From positions 53,778,264 to 53,842,263 of the forward strand of contig JASCQW010000132.1 in assembly GCA_030264375.1 (NCBI GenBank): 64,000 nucleotides of DNA, in the 5' to 3' direction. Position numbers and translations under genes: made by a program. The DNA comes from Carcharhinus longimanus (Eukaryota). A model generated the notes under the pieces. The model was not told where the DNA came from. It worked only from the letters and a program-made list of their open reading frames with translations, and did no database searches. Below are positions 38,877-50,487 of the stretch, piece by piece; positions within the stretch are counted from its first letter, which is position 1; each line of letters opens with the position of its first letter.

Positions 38877-39869
38877 ACTGTTTATTTTAACATTTATTCG
38901 TGGCACATGGGCATTGCTGGGTGGTCAGCATTTATTGCCCATTTAGAACATTACAGCACAAACAGGCCCTTCAGCCCACAAGTTGCGCTGATCATATCCA
39001 TACCTACCAGGCCTATCTATAACTCTCAATCCCATTAAATCCCTGTACTCATCCAGAAGTCTCTCAATACCTTTACTGATCTGCTCACTTTTTGCTGTGT
39101 TTTATATACTGCTTTGTACTTTACTTGCTATGGAGTTCTCTGGTGTGAATGATAAAGTCCATGAACATATTAAGAAATCCCGCCAAATTATTTGTAGCAA
39201 ACTGCAGTACAGAAATTTAAGGCAGCTGAAATCAACCTGTTAGATAAAAGGTTGGGTCCCTTTCTTTGCCACTCTCATTACTTTAGACTTTCATGGACAA
39301 CCCAGGACAGTTTCAAAAATCACCTGAAGAAGCACCAATATAAGATACTTTAAAATAGTTAAAGGATCTAGTTTGGGGAGTGGATTAACTCTTAATATTT
39401 TCTTTTTAGTTCTTTTGCTTAAATTTCAATTCAGTTCAGATTGCAGGGTTAAAGTTCCCTGTGAGCTCCAATGGCAATATAAAAATTTTGAAAAAACACG
39501 GCAGATTCAACCTTATATTAAGTTGATCTTTCTCCACATCCTAGCCATGACTGCAACACAATATTCTGCACCCTCCCCTTTCCTTCTCCCTTATGTACTC
39601 TGAACGGTATGCTTTGTCCGTATAGTATGCATGAAACAATGCTTTTCACTGTATACTAATAGATGTGATAATAATAAATCAAATCAGTATTGATATCCTT
39701 CATGTTTTTGAGAAAAAAATGGTAATGCTCCTCTCTGCATTCCATTTTCATTTTAAAGCTGTTTGCACAAATTATCTGATTTTTTTTTCATTACACTAGT
39801 AGTGTTAGATATTTTTATTTTTCTTCCTAAATAAACTTTAGTAATAGACTCTGTTTCCTTTGTTCACAG

Positions 39870-40015
39870 TTGAAAGATATCCCTTCTTCAGGTGATTTCT
39901 CCCTCAGCAAGACTCTGGGCGATCCTATAATCATTAGAGCTTGGAACATTGCTGGATTACCCACAGACAATTTCTCAGTTGATAATGGTGTGATTGTCAG
40001 TAACTCTAGGAGATG
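39870..40015 (+). CDS. DNAH12: Axonemal dynein heavy chain internal exon (stalk-to-AAA5 region), most like DNAH12
   Basis: Acceptor tttgttcacAG and donor GTAAGT at 40016. Encodes LKDIPSSGDFSLSKTLGDPIIIRAWNIAGLPTDNFSVDNGVIVSNSRR+TG, with the split W codon completed by the next exon. Dynein identity is certain; the paralog (DNAH12 vs DNAH7/DNAH3) is from recall. Confidence 0.8.
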
Positions 40016-41349
40016 GTAAGTACTAAATACAGCGATGTTACGCACTAAAGTTTGCCAACTTGTAAATTGGTGGCAAAAGCCACCAGCTTCCTGAAATCAA
40101 CCTGTTAGGTAAAAGCTTGGGTCCCTTTCTTTACCATTGTCAATGCTTTAGACCTTCATTGCAGATCTGTTTACTGCACCAAACAGTTGCAGCTGCAGTA
40201 AACTGTGGGGGCCACAATTCATGATGGACTTCCCCGAATGTAGGGAAATACTCTAAACCCGCTGGAATGAAGTATTCCTGGTGGGGCGGAGATGCCAGGC
40301 CCAATAATCACGTGCAAAATACACTTAAACTACATTAAAAAAAGATTCAAATGACTTACCTACCTTCCCACCGGTTTCCAGTGTGGTCTTGACTGCGACT
40401 GTTCTCCGGCTCTGGGAGACACACATGTATTCCCAACGCATGCATGAATCCCACAAAATAGCCAACACATGATTCTCCCGACCAGACCCACCAGAAAAGT
40501 TGTGGGTCCAATGGGAGAATCAGGCCCCGTGTCCATTGTGGGCCAGGAGATTCTCTTGGAACATCCTGAGAAGGGGACAAGAGCAGGTGACTGTGAGAAG
40601 GGGGAGGGATCAATTCCCGAAGTTTCATCTTGAGGACCTGACAGCAGTACTGTAAGAGTGCAATGACTATGTGTTGGTGACCAGTGCCACTGAAAGTATC
40701 CTCACTTGATAGCTACTACCCACCAACCTCTCACTGTTTGGGGCAGCACAAGCTCGTCACTCATCCATCAACAATCCTTAAAGGTCAGGTCTCAGGCCTA
40801 ACATCCAGATATTCCACCTCACTCTGATTTCCACCAACGATGTGACACACTTTACTCTCGCAGCCTCCACAAACCTCCAGCCATTCAGCTGTGCAAGGTA
40901 CATTATCCAAACATTGATACATTGACTGACATTCCTCCCTCTCTCATGGGATATATGGCTCATAATAAGAGGCAGCAGAACACAACCATAGAACCATGGT
41001 GCAGAAAAAGGGCATTTAGCCCTTTGTGTCTGCTGGACAAAAAAGAGAAAAAAGAAACCAGCTGCTCATTTTAATCCCATTTTCCAGCACTTGGTCCATA
41101 GCCTTGCAAAGTCTCTCACTCTCTCAACCCCACTCAATATCTTCCTGTTTATTGAGTATCCCCTTACTTAGTTTGCCCTCCGTAAGTTGCATTACCTGAC
41201 ATTTTTCCAGCTTGAATTTCATTTGCCACTTCTCTGCCCACTCAACAAAACCATTGATATTATTGTGGAGTTGATAACTATCCTCTTCACTATCAAATAT
41301 ACTGCCAATTTTTATGACAGACACACATTCCAGCAACAATTGTAGAGCT

Positions 41350-41612
41350 CTCCACAAGTGGTCTGGACAATGGAACCAATGGCCTGCTCCATGATGCTGC
41401 TGGTGGCAGCATGGCTGTCATAGGCATATTGTTCTCAGGTGATTGGCTGTGTGTATTAGGGATATCTCTGGTCTCCCAGTAGTCAGCCTATGGTTCTTCA
41501 TGATGAACTGAAGATAGCATGAACATCAGCCTGCCTTAGAATCAAGGCATCATGACTGCCGCCCGGAAAATAGGCATTCATCAGCATGATCGTCTGGACG
41601 TTGGCACCCACA
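41350..41612 (-). pseudogene. PIF/Harbinger (HARBI1-like) transposase remnant
   Basis: Minus-strand reading IMLMNAYFPGGSHDALILRQ...G*LLGDQRYP*...SHAATSSIMEQAIG matches Harbinger DDE motifs (PGSxHD, WLLGDxGYP, HxxTRxxxExxxG), with stops. A CR1 fragment lies next to it at ~40985-41335. Confidence 0.75.
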
Positions 41613-42441
41613 AATTACTCCATCTCTAATATCTCTAGTCATCTACTTTGAATTGAAGTAGAGTGAATTAATATTATAACTGAATTAATGAGGTTGAACA
41701 GTTTGCAGGAATTGAACATTTCTTCATTTGCATGTGTAGCCCACAGAGACATGTAGGGAGTCGATGGCTCCCTACACCTTGGGAATTCTGTTAACCTGGT
41801 CCTTCTGCTTCTGTTTGATTAAAGACATGAAAATGAAGTCTCCTCTCCCAATGAACAGAGCGTCTGTTAGCTCTCAGATGAAGTGGAGCGCGTATTCAAT
41901 TAAAAGTGTAAAGGACATAGCAGTCACTTCACCTGTGCAGTCCAAGTTGGTAGATCTTGGCCGGAATTTTACTGACTGCCCGCTATGGGAATCAGAGCAG
42001 GCAAAGGACAGAACATGGAAAGGCCTGTTAACCTGAGGCGGGATTTTCCAGTTTGGGATGAGCGAGGCCATAAAATCCCACCTCTAATGTCATAAATCAT
42101 CTTTGATTTTTTTTCCAGTATTCTCTGTTTTTATTTCAGATTTCCAGCATCCACAATATTTTGCTTTTATCTTGTGTGAGATCAGCCTGAGAGTCTGTTT
42201 GACATTACAATGTGCCCATTGTCAAAAGTTTTGGTGCCCAGGTCAAGCACCCTTCCTAAGCAAGACTCTGTTCTGTGCAGACAGCTCACCATTTTGAGTC
42301 CCTTCAGCTGGCTCAGCAACACCAAGCAGCCAAATGTTGTAGCCAATGGTACAAATTGAAGTACAAGTTATACCTGTGGAAAATACTTATATTGATTTCT
42401 GCTGTAAGGAAGTAACTATATTGTTGTTGCACTTATTTCAG

Positions 42442-42656
42442 GCCATTAATGATTGATCCACAAGGCCAAGCCAATAAATGGGTGAGAAATTCTGAGCGTG
42501 ACAATAAACTGAGTATCACTAAGCTGACAGACACAGATTACATGCGAACACTAGAAAACTGTATCCAATTTGGCACACCTCTCCTACTGGAAAATGTTGG
42601 TGAAGAACTAGACCCTTCACTTGAGCCTCTTTTGCTCAGACAGACTTTCAAACAAG
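42442..42656 (+). CDS. DNAH12: Axonemal dynein heavy chain internal exon (AAA5), most like DNAH12
   Basis: Acceptor ttatttcAG and donor GTATCA at 42657. 215 bp. Encodes (W)PLMIDPQGQANKWVRNSERDNKLSITKLTDTDYMRTLENCIQFGTPLLLENVGEELDPSLEPLLLRQTFKQ(G); phase matches the previous exon. Confidence 0.82.
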
Positions 42657-42914
42657 GTATCAAACTGCTGCTGTCATTTTCGAAACAAAAATTACTTGTT
42701 CAAAAACGTTCATGCAAGTTTCTCTGGTCATCTACTTTGAATTGAAGTAGAGTGAATCAATATTATAACTGAATATTTTCAAATTATAAAACTTCTTTTG
42801 TGTTTTCATGCTTCATGCAACATTCCCACTTTTCAGATGAAGGCATCAAGTTTTCCTTTCGCTTACCTAAACCAAATTATATTTGCATGAAATGATCTGG
42901 ACTATTACAAGTAT

Positions 42915-43329
42915 AGAATCATAGAGGTTTACAGTAGGGAAACAGGCCCTTCGGCCCAACTTGTCCATGCCGCCCTTTTTTTAAAAACCCCTAAACTAAT
43001 CCCAATTACCCGCATTTGGCCCCCATCCCATCTTACTCACGTAACTGTCTAAATGCTTCTTAAAAGACAAAATTGTACCCTCCTCTACTACTACCTCTGG
43101 CAGCTTGTTCCAGACACTCACCACCCTCTGTGTGAANNNNNNNNNNNNNNNNNNNNNNNNNNNNNNNNNNNNNNNNNNNNNNNNNNNNNNNNNNNNNNNN
43201 NNNNNNNNNNNNNNNNNNNNNNNNNNNNNNNNNNNNCCACTTCAGATCAGCCATGATCTTGTTGAATGGCGGGGCAGGCTCGAAGGGCTAGATGGCCTAC
43301 TCCTGCTCCTATTCCTTATGTTCTTATGA
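42915..43329. mobile_element. Two CR1 3' ends in opposite orientation on either side of a 100-N gap
   Basis: Left: antisense tail ATAGAATCATAGAGG...GGCCCTTCGGCCC. Right: sense tail GGCCTACTCCTGCTCCTATTCCTTATGTTCTTATG. Confidence 0.8.
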
Positions 43330-43612
43330 TTATTTAGCAATGTTGTCCAATTGTGGAATGACATCTAATGACATTGTCAAATCAGAGTCAAGCTGCTAGG
43401 ATTAAATTTCAAACAATGCTTGGTAGTTAACTGTCAGTCACCATCATTTGGTGCATTCTCCATGGCAATGTCTCCACCAATCAGTCTGCTTGCCAACCAA
43501 TCAGCATTCTGTTCTCATACAGTTTAAATTGTTCTTTTCCCCTTATAGTGGTTAGTCATACAAAGTGCCCTGATGAGTGCAAAGTGAAAAACTTTGACAT
43601 GTCACTTTTCAT
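43330..43612 (+). mobile_element. Penelope-like element terminal (pseudo-LTR) fragment
   Basis: Two CCAATCAG boxes followed by a hammerhead-like CTGATGAG...GAAA at 43570-43589. Confidence 0.55.
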
Positions 43613-44496
43613 CCTGTTCATTTTTTTATATACCAGACTCCCACAATTTATATATTTGTGTACAGAGGCTCTAAATCTCTCTGCATTTCCACTGTTCCTT
43701 GCTTTTCAGCATTTAATAACACTTTAATCTATCTATTTTGGGTCTAAAAGAGATAATGTCATGCTTAGCTATGCTGAAATCCATCTGCCCACTCACTTAA
43801 TCTCACAATGCTTCTTTGTAATTTTATGCTCCTGTCTGCACTGCTTATATGCCACCAATCTTCATTTCATTGTCAAACTTGGACATGTGGCTCACTGTTG
43901 TGTGATCTGAGTTACTAATAAGTATAATGACTAGTTGAGTTCCTTGGGGGCACCACGAGTTACTTCCTTCCAATTCAAATACATACCAATTATCCACTTT
44001 CTGTCTTCTGCTCTTGAGCCATGTCAATAATTTGCCTTAAGTTCCATGAGCTTTAATTTTATTCAGTCTCTTAAGAGCCACTTTATCAAAAACCTTCTGG
44101 ATGTTCACATAAACTAAGTGGATAGTATAATTTACTACTACTACTGTCTACTAATTTAGTTGAAGAGTGATATGTGCCCTGCCCAAAGACAGGTCCTTGG
44201 CTCATTGTTTGTTGATGCCTCATCCTGAGTTGTTTCCTTGGCAATTGTGGTTCGCCATGGATTTACATTTTCAGGGCAAGCCAAAGAAGTGACACCTAAG
44301 TCTGTCTCAGAAGGAAAGCAAATTGAACACCCATTGTTGTTGTTCTGAATTGCACGCAAGCCATCTAGCCAGCTTGTGTTAAATACCCCACTAATAATTG
44401 AGAACAAAAGTTTGGGACTAATTAGATAGCTCTTTCAAATCAGCATTAGGAATACTTATCCTCATTCCCCAAAGATACTTTCAAAATTTTTTTCTT

Positions 44497-45625
44497 AGAA
44501 TCATAGAAGCCCTACAGTGCAGAAGGACTGTACCATTGGACCATTGAGTCTGCACCGACCACAATCCCATCCAGGCCCTACCCCCATATCCCTACATATT
44601 TACCTGCCAATCCCTCTAACCTACGCATCTCACAATACTAAGGGGTAATTTTTAGCATGGCCNNNNNNNNNNNNNNNNNNNNNNNNNNNNNNNNNNNNNN
44701 NNNNNNNNNNNNNNNNNNNNNNNNNNNNNNNNNNNNNNNNNNNNNNNNNNNNNNNNNNNNNNNNNNNNNNNNNNNNNNNNNNNNNNNNNNNNNNNNNNNN
44801 NNNNNNNNNNNNNNNNNNNNNNNNNNNNNNNNNNNNNNNNNNNNNNNNNNNNNNNNNNNNNNNNNNNNNNNNNNNNNNNNNNNNNNNNNNNNNNNNNNNN
44901 NNNNNNNNNNNNNNNNNNNNNNNNNNNNNNNNNNNNNNNNNNNNNNNNNNNNNNNNNNNNNNNNNNNNNNNNNNNNNNNNNNNNNNNNNNNNNNNNNNNN
45001 NNNNNNNNNNNNNNNNNNNNNNNNNNNNNNNNNNNNNNNNNNNNNNNNNNNNNNNNNNNNNNNNNNNNNNNNNNNNNNNNNNNNNNNNNNNNNNNNNNNN
45101 NNNNNNNNNNNNNNNNNNNNNNNNNNNNNNNNNNNNNNNNNNNNNNNNNNNNNNNNNNNNNNNNNNNNNNNNNNNNNNNNNNNNNNNNNNNNNNNNNNNN
45201 NNNNNNNNNNNNNNNNNNNNNNNNNNNNNNNNNNNNNNNNNNNNNNNNNNNNNNNNNNNNNNNNNNNNNNNNNNNNNNNNNNNNNNNNNNNNNNNNNNNN
45301 NNNNNNNNNNNNNNNNNNNNNNNNNNNNNNNNNNNNNNNNNNNNNNNNNNNNNNNNNNNNNNNNNNNNNNNNNNNNNNNNNNNNNNNNNNNNNNNNNNNN
45401 NNNNNNNNNNNNNNNNNNNNNNNNNNNNNNNNNNNNNNNNNNNNNNNNNNNNNNNNNNNNNNNNNNNNNNNNNNNNNNNNNNNNNNNNNNNNNNNNGGAG
45501 GAAACCCACGCAGACACGAGGAGACTGTGCAAACTCCACACAGGCAGTGACCCAAGCTGGGAATCGAACCCAGGTCCCTAGAGCTGTAAACCAGCAGTGC
45601 TAACCACTGTGCTACTGTGCCTCCC
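44497..45625 (-). mobile_element. HE1-like V-SINE with an 834-N gap in its middle
   Basis: Tail lies left of the gap and head right of it; both halves match the copy at 32516-32839. Confidence 0.8.
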
Positions 45626-46159
45626 TAAGTAACTTTAACATATTACTTTCCTGGAAATTGCACTGAATTGATATCCTAAAACATCAGGATAAAATAAATT
45701 TTTCTTAATTATGACACAAGCATTTCATATAACATGTTGTATATTAGTTACATGTAGAAGAATTATATAGAGTGGTATAGCACAGAAGAAGATCATTCAA
45801 TCCATTGTACCTGTGCTGGCTTTTTGACAGAGTTATCTAATCTGTCCCACTCCCCCGCTCTTTCTCCATAACCAAGCAATTTTTTCCAAGTATTTTCAGT
45901 ATTTATCCTATTGCCTTTTGAAGTGATTGCTAAAGCTGCTTCCTTTTAGGCAGTGAATTTTTTAATTCCTCAATTTGCTTCTGTGAAAGTAGTTTGTCCT
46001 TATTTAACTTAGCAAATTCCTATCAAGACTTGAACACCTCATATAATGCTCACTTCAGGATGTACCTCACCAAAAGGAGATTGGGATTGGAGAATTAAAC
46101 TGTCTGTTCAACTTTGAGCTTTATTTCACAAGTAGGCCCTACTTACTAATGAAGGAAAG

Positions 46160-47290
46160 GCTTCTTCTCAAAAACTGTTGGCTCTGGCTCAGTGGCAGCT
46201 CCTCACCACTGAGTCAAAAGGTTGTGGATGCAAGTTCCTCCCCAAAGATTTCAACACAAAAGCGAATTTGAGATTGTAATATGCTGCAGTGAAAGGGATT
46301 TTTATTTTAGTTGAAACATTAAACCAAGACCCTGTCTGCTCATGTCAAAGGAAAAGATCCCATGGAACTATTTTGATGAAGAGCAGGAAGGATTATTCCA
46401 GGTTAAAAGCAAATTACTGCAGATGCTGAAATCTGAAAGTGAACTTTGACAAAGGGTTGTCTGGATTTGAAACATCAGCTCATTTCTCTTTCTACAGATG
46501 CTGTCAGACCTGCTGAGATTTTCCAGCATTTTCCCTTTGGTAGTATCCTTGGTGCTGTGGCCAATACTTATCCCTTAACCAACATATTAAACAAATTATC
46601 TTGTCAGGCATGTCCATAGGATTGAAGGCAGTCAAGTATCCAGGGACCTTCTCCATGGTAAGATAGTTGGGGCCAGACAAGCAATCAAATGTCCAAAACT
46701 CCACTTCAAAAATGCTTGCAGGCTTGTCATGAAGACTCTCAACATTGATTACCACACCCAGGAGTCACTGGCGGATGACAGAGGAAAATGGTGACACCTT
46801 CTGTAGGCTGGCATGCACTACTACAATGCAACAGCTTGGCAACTGGTGCCAGTGCCCAAAACAACAGCCTCCAATGACTCTGTGAATTATAGAACCCTAC
46901 AGTGCAGAAGGAGGCCATTCAGCCCATCGAGTCTGCACCAACCACAATCCCACCCAGGCCCTATCTCCATTACCCAGCTAGTCCCCCTTCATGTGTGACA
47001 CTTGTGGCAGAACCTGATTCTCAAGGACTAACCTTTTCAGCCATCAGCAAAGGTGTGCCATATGGAGACATCTCATCTAAACTGGATTGTTCACTGTGTT
47101 ACCATTATCCTTTCTTGTTGGAAGTTTGCCAACAGCATGAATCTCATTGCTCTCACGAGACCGTGCTGTGTGTGAATTGGCTGCTGCATTTCCTACATTC
47201 CGACTGTGATTACACTTTACAAGTATTTTGCTGGCTGTAAAGTGCTTTGGGACATCTAATATTTCTGAAAGGTGCTCTAAAAATGCAAAT
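46160..47290 (+). mobile_element. Deu-type SINE with nested Penelope-derived short element (~46403-46540), RTE-like fragment and V-SINE tail (~46888-46990)
   Basis: Head TGGCTCAGTGGCAGC...GAGTCAAAAGGTTGTGGATGCAAGT. Tail TGGCTGTAAAGTGCTTTGGGAC...GAAAGGTGCT. Nested ACAGATGCTGTCAGACCTGCTGAGATTTTCCAGCATTTT. Confidence 0.6.
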
Positions 47291-47957
47291 TCTTTGTTCT
47301 GAATCCTGTCTATACTTGTGACAATGTGATAGCATTAATTAAAAGGTCCAGGGAGGCTCACAGATTATGTGACGATCAATGGGAATTAAATTAGGAGCCA
47401 CATTTAGAGGTACTATAGTGACAGCTGAACTGCAGAACTTGAAGTACTATATTATGCACTGAGAGGACTGTTTTGAGATGGAAGTTATAAAATGTTGGGA
47501 TCTTTTTACTAACTGTTTGCTTTTGTCCATTGAAGTCTTCACTGTCTCTGTAAAACTAAAAAACTTCTTGACAGTCATGGCAGTGGTGAATCTCTCATAT
47601 TTAGATTTTCATAAGGCATTTGATGCCCAAGAGATTATAAACTAATCTAAATTGTGTTGAATTGATCGGATGGCATAATTAAGAAACTTGTTGGGAAACT
47701 GGAAGCAGTTGTGATGAAAAGGACGTTATCAAATTGGTAGGCAATGACATAAAGATCAGTGCTGGAATCCAAACCATTTTGTACATGACTGGACTTGATT
47801 TGAAAGTTTAAACAGTAAACATTCTAGTTTTAAGATGATATCGTAAGAAATGGAGGGACCCATGAAGAAGGAAGCAAAAATTGTAACAGAATGGGTGAAA
47901 TAAATGGGAAAATAACCAAGGAGGAGAATGCAAAATGGCTGTATGGGGATAGCGACG

Positions 47958-49173
47958 TGTTATAATTCAGGTCAGAAACTGTTTTATGAAGCCCACTTGG
48001 ATCATAAGTTTGCAATTTGTTTTTGGTGAAGTTAAGCATCTTATGCTTAACTTCAGGTATGATTCAACTGGCCCATTACGGGGCTTTTATCAAACAAAGT
48101 TTAATTTAAATATATAGTTAACACGTATGGAAAGAAAATAGGCAATAACTTTTAACAATTTACAAACAAGAAAAATGCAACCATGATATTGTATAAACCT
48201 TAACAGCTAAACACCATTCTAACCAAACAAATCCCATAAACAAAACCTTGTCACAGGTTTAATACAGCAAATATGAATGCTCACATAATGCAGGAACTTA
48301 GTTCTTTGATTGGATGCTACAGTTCTCTTGAGACACACATACATACTCACACACACAAACTTCAAGTCAGAACAGCTTTCCAAAACACCAGTGAGAGACA
48401 CTCTCTAATTACTAGCTAGTGAACCACCATCAGTAGATTTTTCGCTCCAGGAAGGCAAGAAGCCTTGCTTCCAGCTAGCCGGCAGAATTTTCAATACAAG
48501 GGAGAGAGAGAGAGAAACACTGCTTTCCACTTGACGACCAGAACAGCTTCTAACTAAACCAGCAGCTAGCAGCCCCAAAGCTGAAAATGAAACTTTGAAT
48601 TCACAATGAAGAAAAAAAACTGTCCAAAACACATGGCCTGCTACCCAGTCATCCTCCTAACAATACAGGATCATTAAACAAATCCCAAAAAGTACCTGAG
48701 GCTCAGAGTAAAAATAAACAAAACCCCATTTAAACCTCTGAAGCAGCAATAAGTCTAGCAGACAAGCTGGCAACATTGAAACCAAAAAGGTCTGCTTACA
48801 ATTGCAGAGTAAGAAGTCTCACAACATTAGGTTAAAGTTCAACAGGTTTATTTGGTAGCATGAACTTACAGAACGCTGCTCCTTCTGAGTGACTCATCTG
48901 ATGAAGGAGCGGCGCTCCAAAAGCTTGCGCTACCAAATAAACCTATTGGNNNNNNNNNNGATGTTGCGCCGACCAGTGGAACCAATCTAATGACCCTCTA
49001 ACCTAAACCTAAAAGCATGTGATTCCAAATAAACCTGTTGGATTTTAACCTGGTGTTGTGAGACTTCTTACTGTGCCCAGCCCAGTCCAATGCCAGCATC
49101 TCCACATCGTAGCTACAGCTGTAGAAAATGTGATTTTTCAAAAAAAAATCTTAAAAGGTACACCAGTGTCACA
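47958..49173 (-). mobile_element. Solo-LTR-like element inserted in a CR1 (host ~47570-49640, +), itself carrying a Penelope-like palindromic insert (~48808-49110)
   Basis: TGTTATA...TGTCACA termini. CR1 sequence GCTGTATGGGGATAG stops before it and GGGTTAAATGATTTGGCAAG resumes after it. Inner inverted repeat AGTAAGAAGTCTCACAAC / GTTGTGAGACTTCTTACT. Confidence 0.65.
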
Positions 49174-50361
49174 GCGGGTTAAATGATTTGGCAAGAAAAT
49201 GACAGAGGGAATATAATGTCGAGAATTCTGAAGTTATATACTTTGATGCGAAAAATAGAAAAACAGAATATTTCTAAAAAGTGACAGACTGGGAAATGTT
49301 GGTATTCAGAAGGATCTTTGTGCCCTTGTACATAAATCACAGTAACATGCAGGTATCACGAGCAATTAGAGAAGCAAATGTTATCCTTTATTCCAAAGGG
49401 ATTGGCACATAAGACTTACTGCAATTATACAAGGCCTTGGTGAAACTGCACCTGGAGTACTATGTGTACAGTTTTGGTCCCTTTACCTAAGGAAGGATAT
49501 ATTTGTCTGAGAAAGAGTGCAACAAAGGTACTCTGAGCTGATTTCCAGAATGAAGGGATAATTATGAGAAAATTTGAACACTTGGGCTGATATTCACTGG
49601 AGCTTCAAAGAATGAGAGGTGATCTAATTGAAACTTAAAATACTCAACAACATTACTCTGATCTGTAAAATACACAATGGCAAATCAGGTGCAAATCATC
49701 ATTAGACACAGTTTGACATCATTATCTGCCCACTCTGACTGCTTTTAACACGTGCATGGCACGGTCAAACTAACTCCTTTTGCAGTCAGAATGTACCAGG
49801 TCAGTACTAATGGACATTTTTGAAGTTTTAGACTTCCATACCACTGCTAACAATACCATTGCAGAGCCAGGTGTTGCAGCCTTTATGTTTAAATATTGGT
49901 AACCACAAATCTATTAAAAATATGAGGAAGACTCCTTGATAAGATAAAGCTGACTCCTTTTGAATGATTGTATTTGAACAAGTATTCTCCTCCATGTGAT
50001 AACATTAAAGTGGTGATCTGAGGATCAGTTGAGGCAGCTTCAGTTTTTTCTGCATGTTTGAGTCAGGCAGAAGCATCTTGAGGGCTTTCACATTTCTCCA
50101 GGCATTGACAAATGAGCTTGTTTAGAATCACTATAGAATCAAATATGTATAAGCTGCAAATCCTTGATGATGCAGTGGCTTTCCATCTGATTGGCAGAGA
50201 AACATGAATCATGATTTCCATGCTGCTCCTATCACAGCTGAAGCGCGTCAAATATTTGTTTATGTTGTCTTTTGAAAACATTATTTCTTCTGCATATCTA
50301 TTTATTTGCTCCTTGCAAAAAGGGTGTGATTATCCACACTCCTCTGTGTTCTATGGTGGCA

Positions 50362-50487
50362 AAGGTGGGATTTTTCGGTCCCACCGCTTTCAACAAGGAT
50401 GCCCGTCTTTTGCACCATCCCACCACTGGAAAACCCACAGTGGGGCCGAAAACCCTGCTGGCGGAAACAACCGGAAAATCCAACCCT
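50362..50487. repeat. Short palindromic MITE-like element (similar ones at ~41960-42082, ~56715-56865, ~57010-57140)
   Basis: Ends GGTGGGATTTTTCGGT ... ACCGGAAAATCCAACC are reverse complements. Confidence 0.55.

Noticed and set aside
22486-42656. A spliced CNTNAP2-dynein fusion transcript
   Set aside because: The CNTNAP2 exon ends in phase 1 while the dynein exon at 39870 starts in phase 0 (and the next in phase 2), so direct splicing would frameshift.
44156-44407. 83-aa minus-strand ORF in unique sequence (also 50063-50281)
   Set aside because: No recognisable family and no clear splice pair; does not match the missing SPG11 or dynein exons.
44630-45555. Longest ORFs in the track (~300 aa) and other X-rich ORFs
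   Set aside because: Artefacts of translating through N gaps; the flanks are SINE or LINE sequence.
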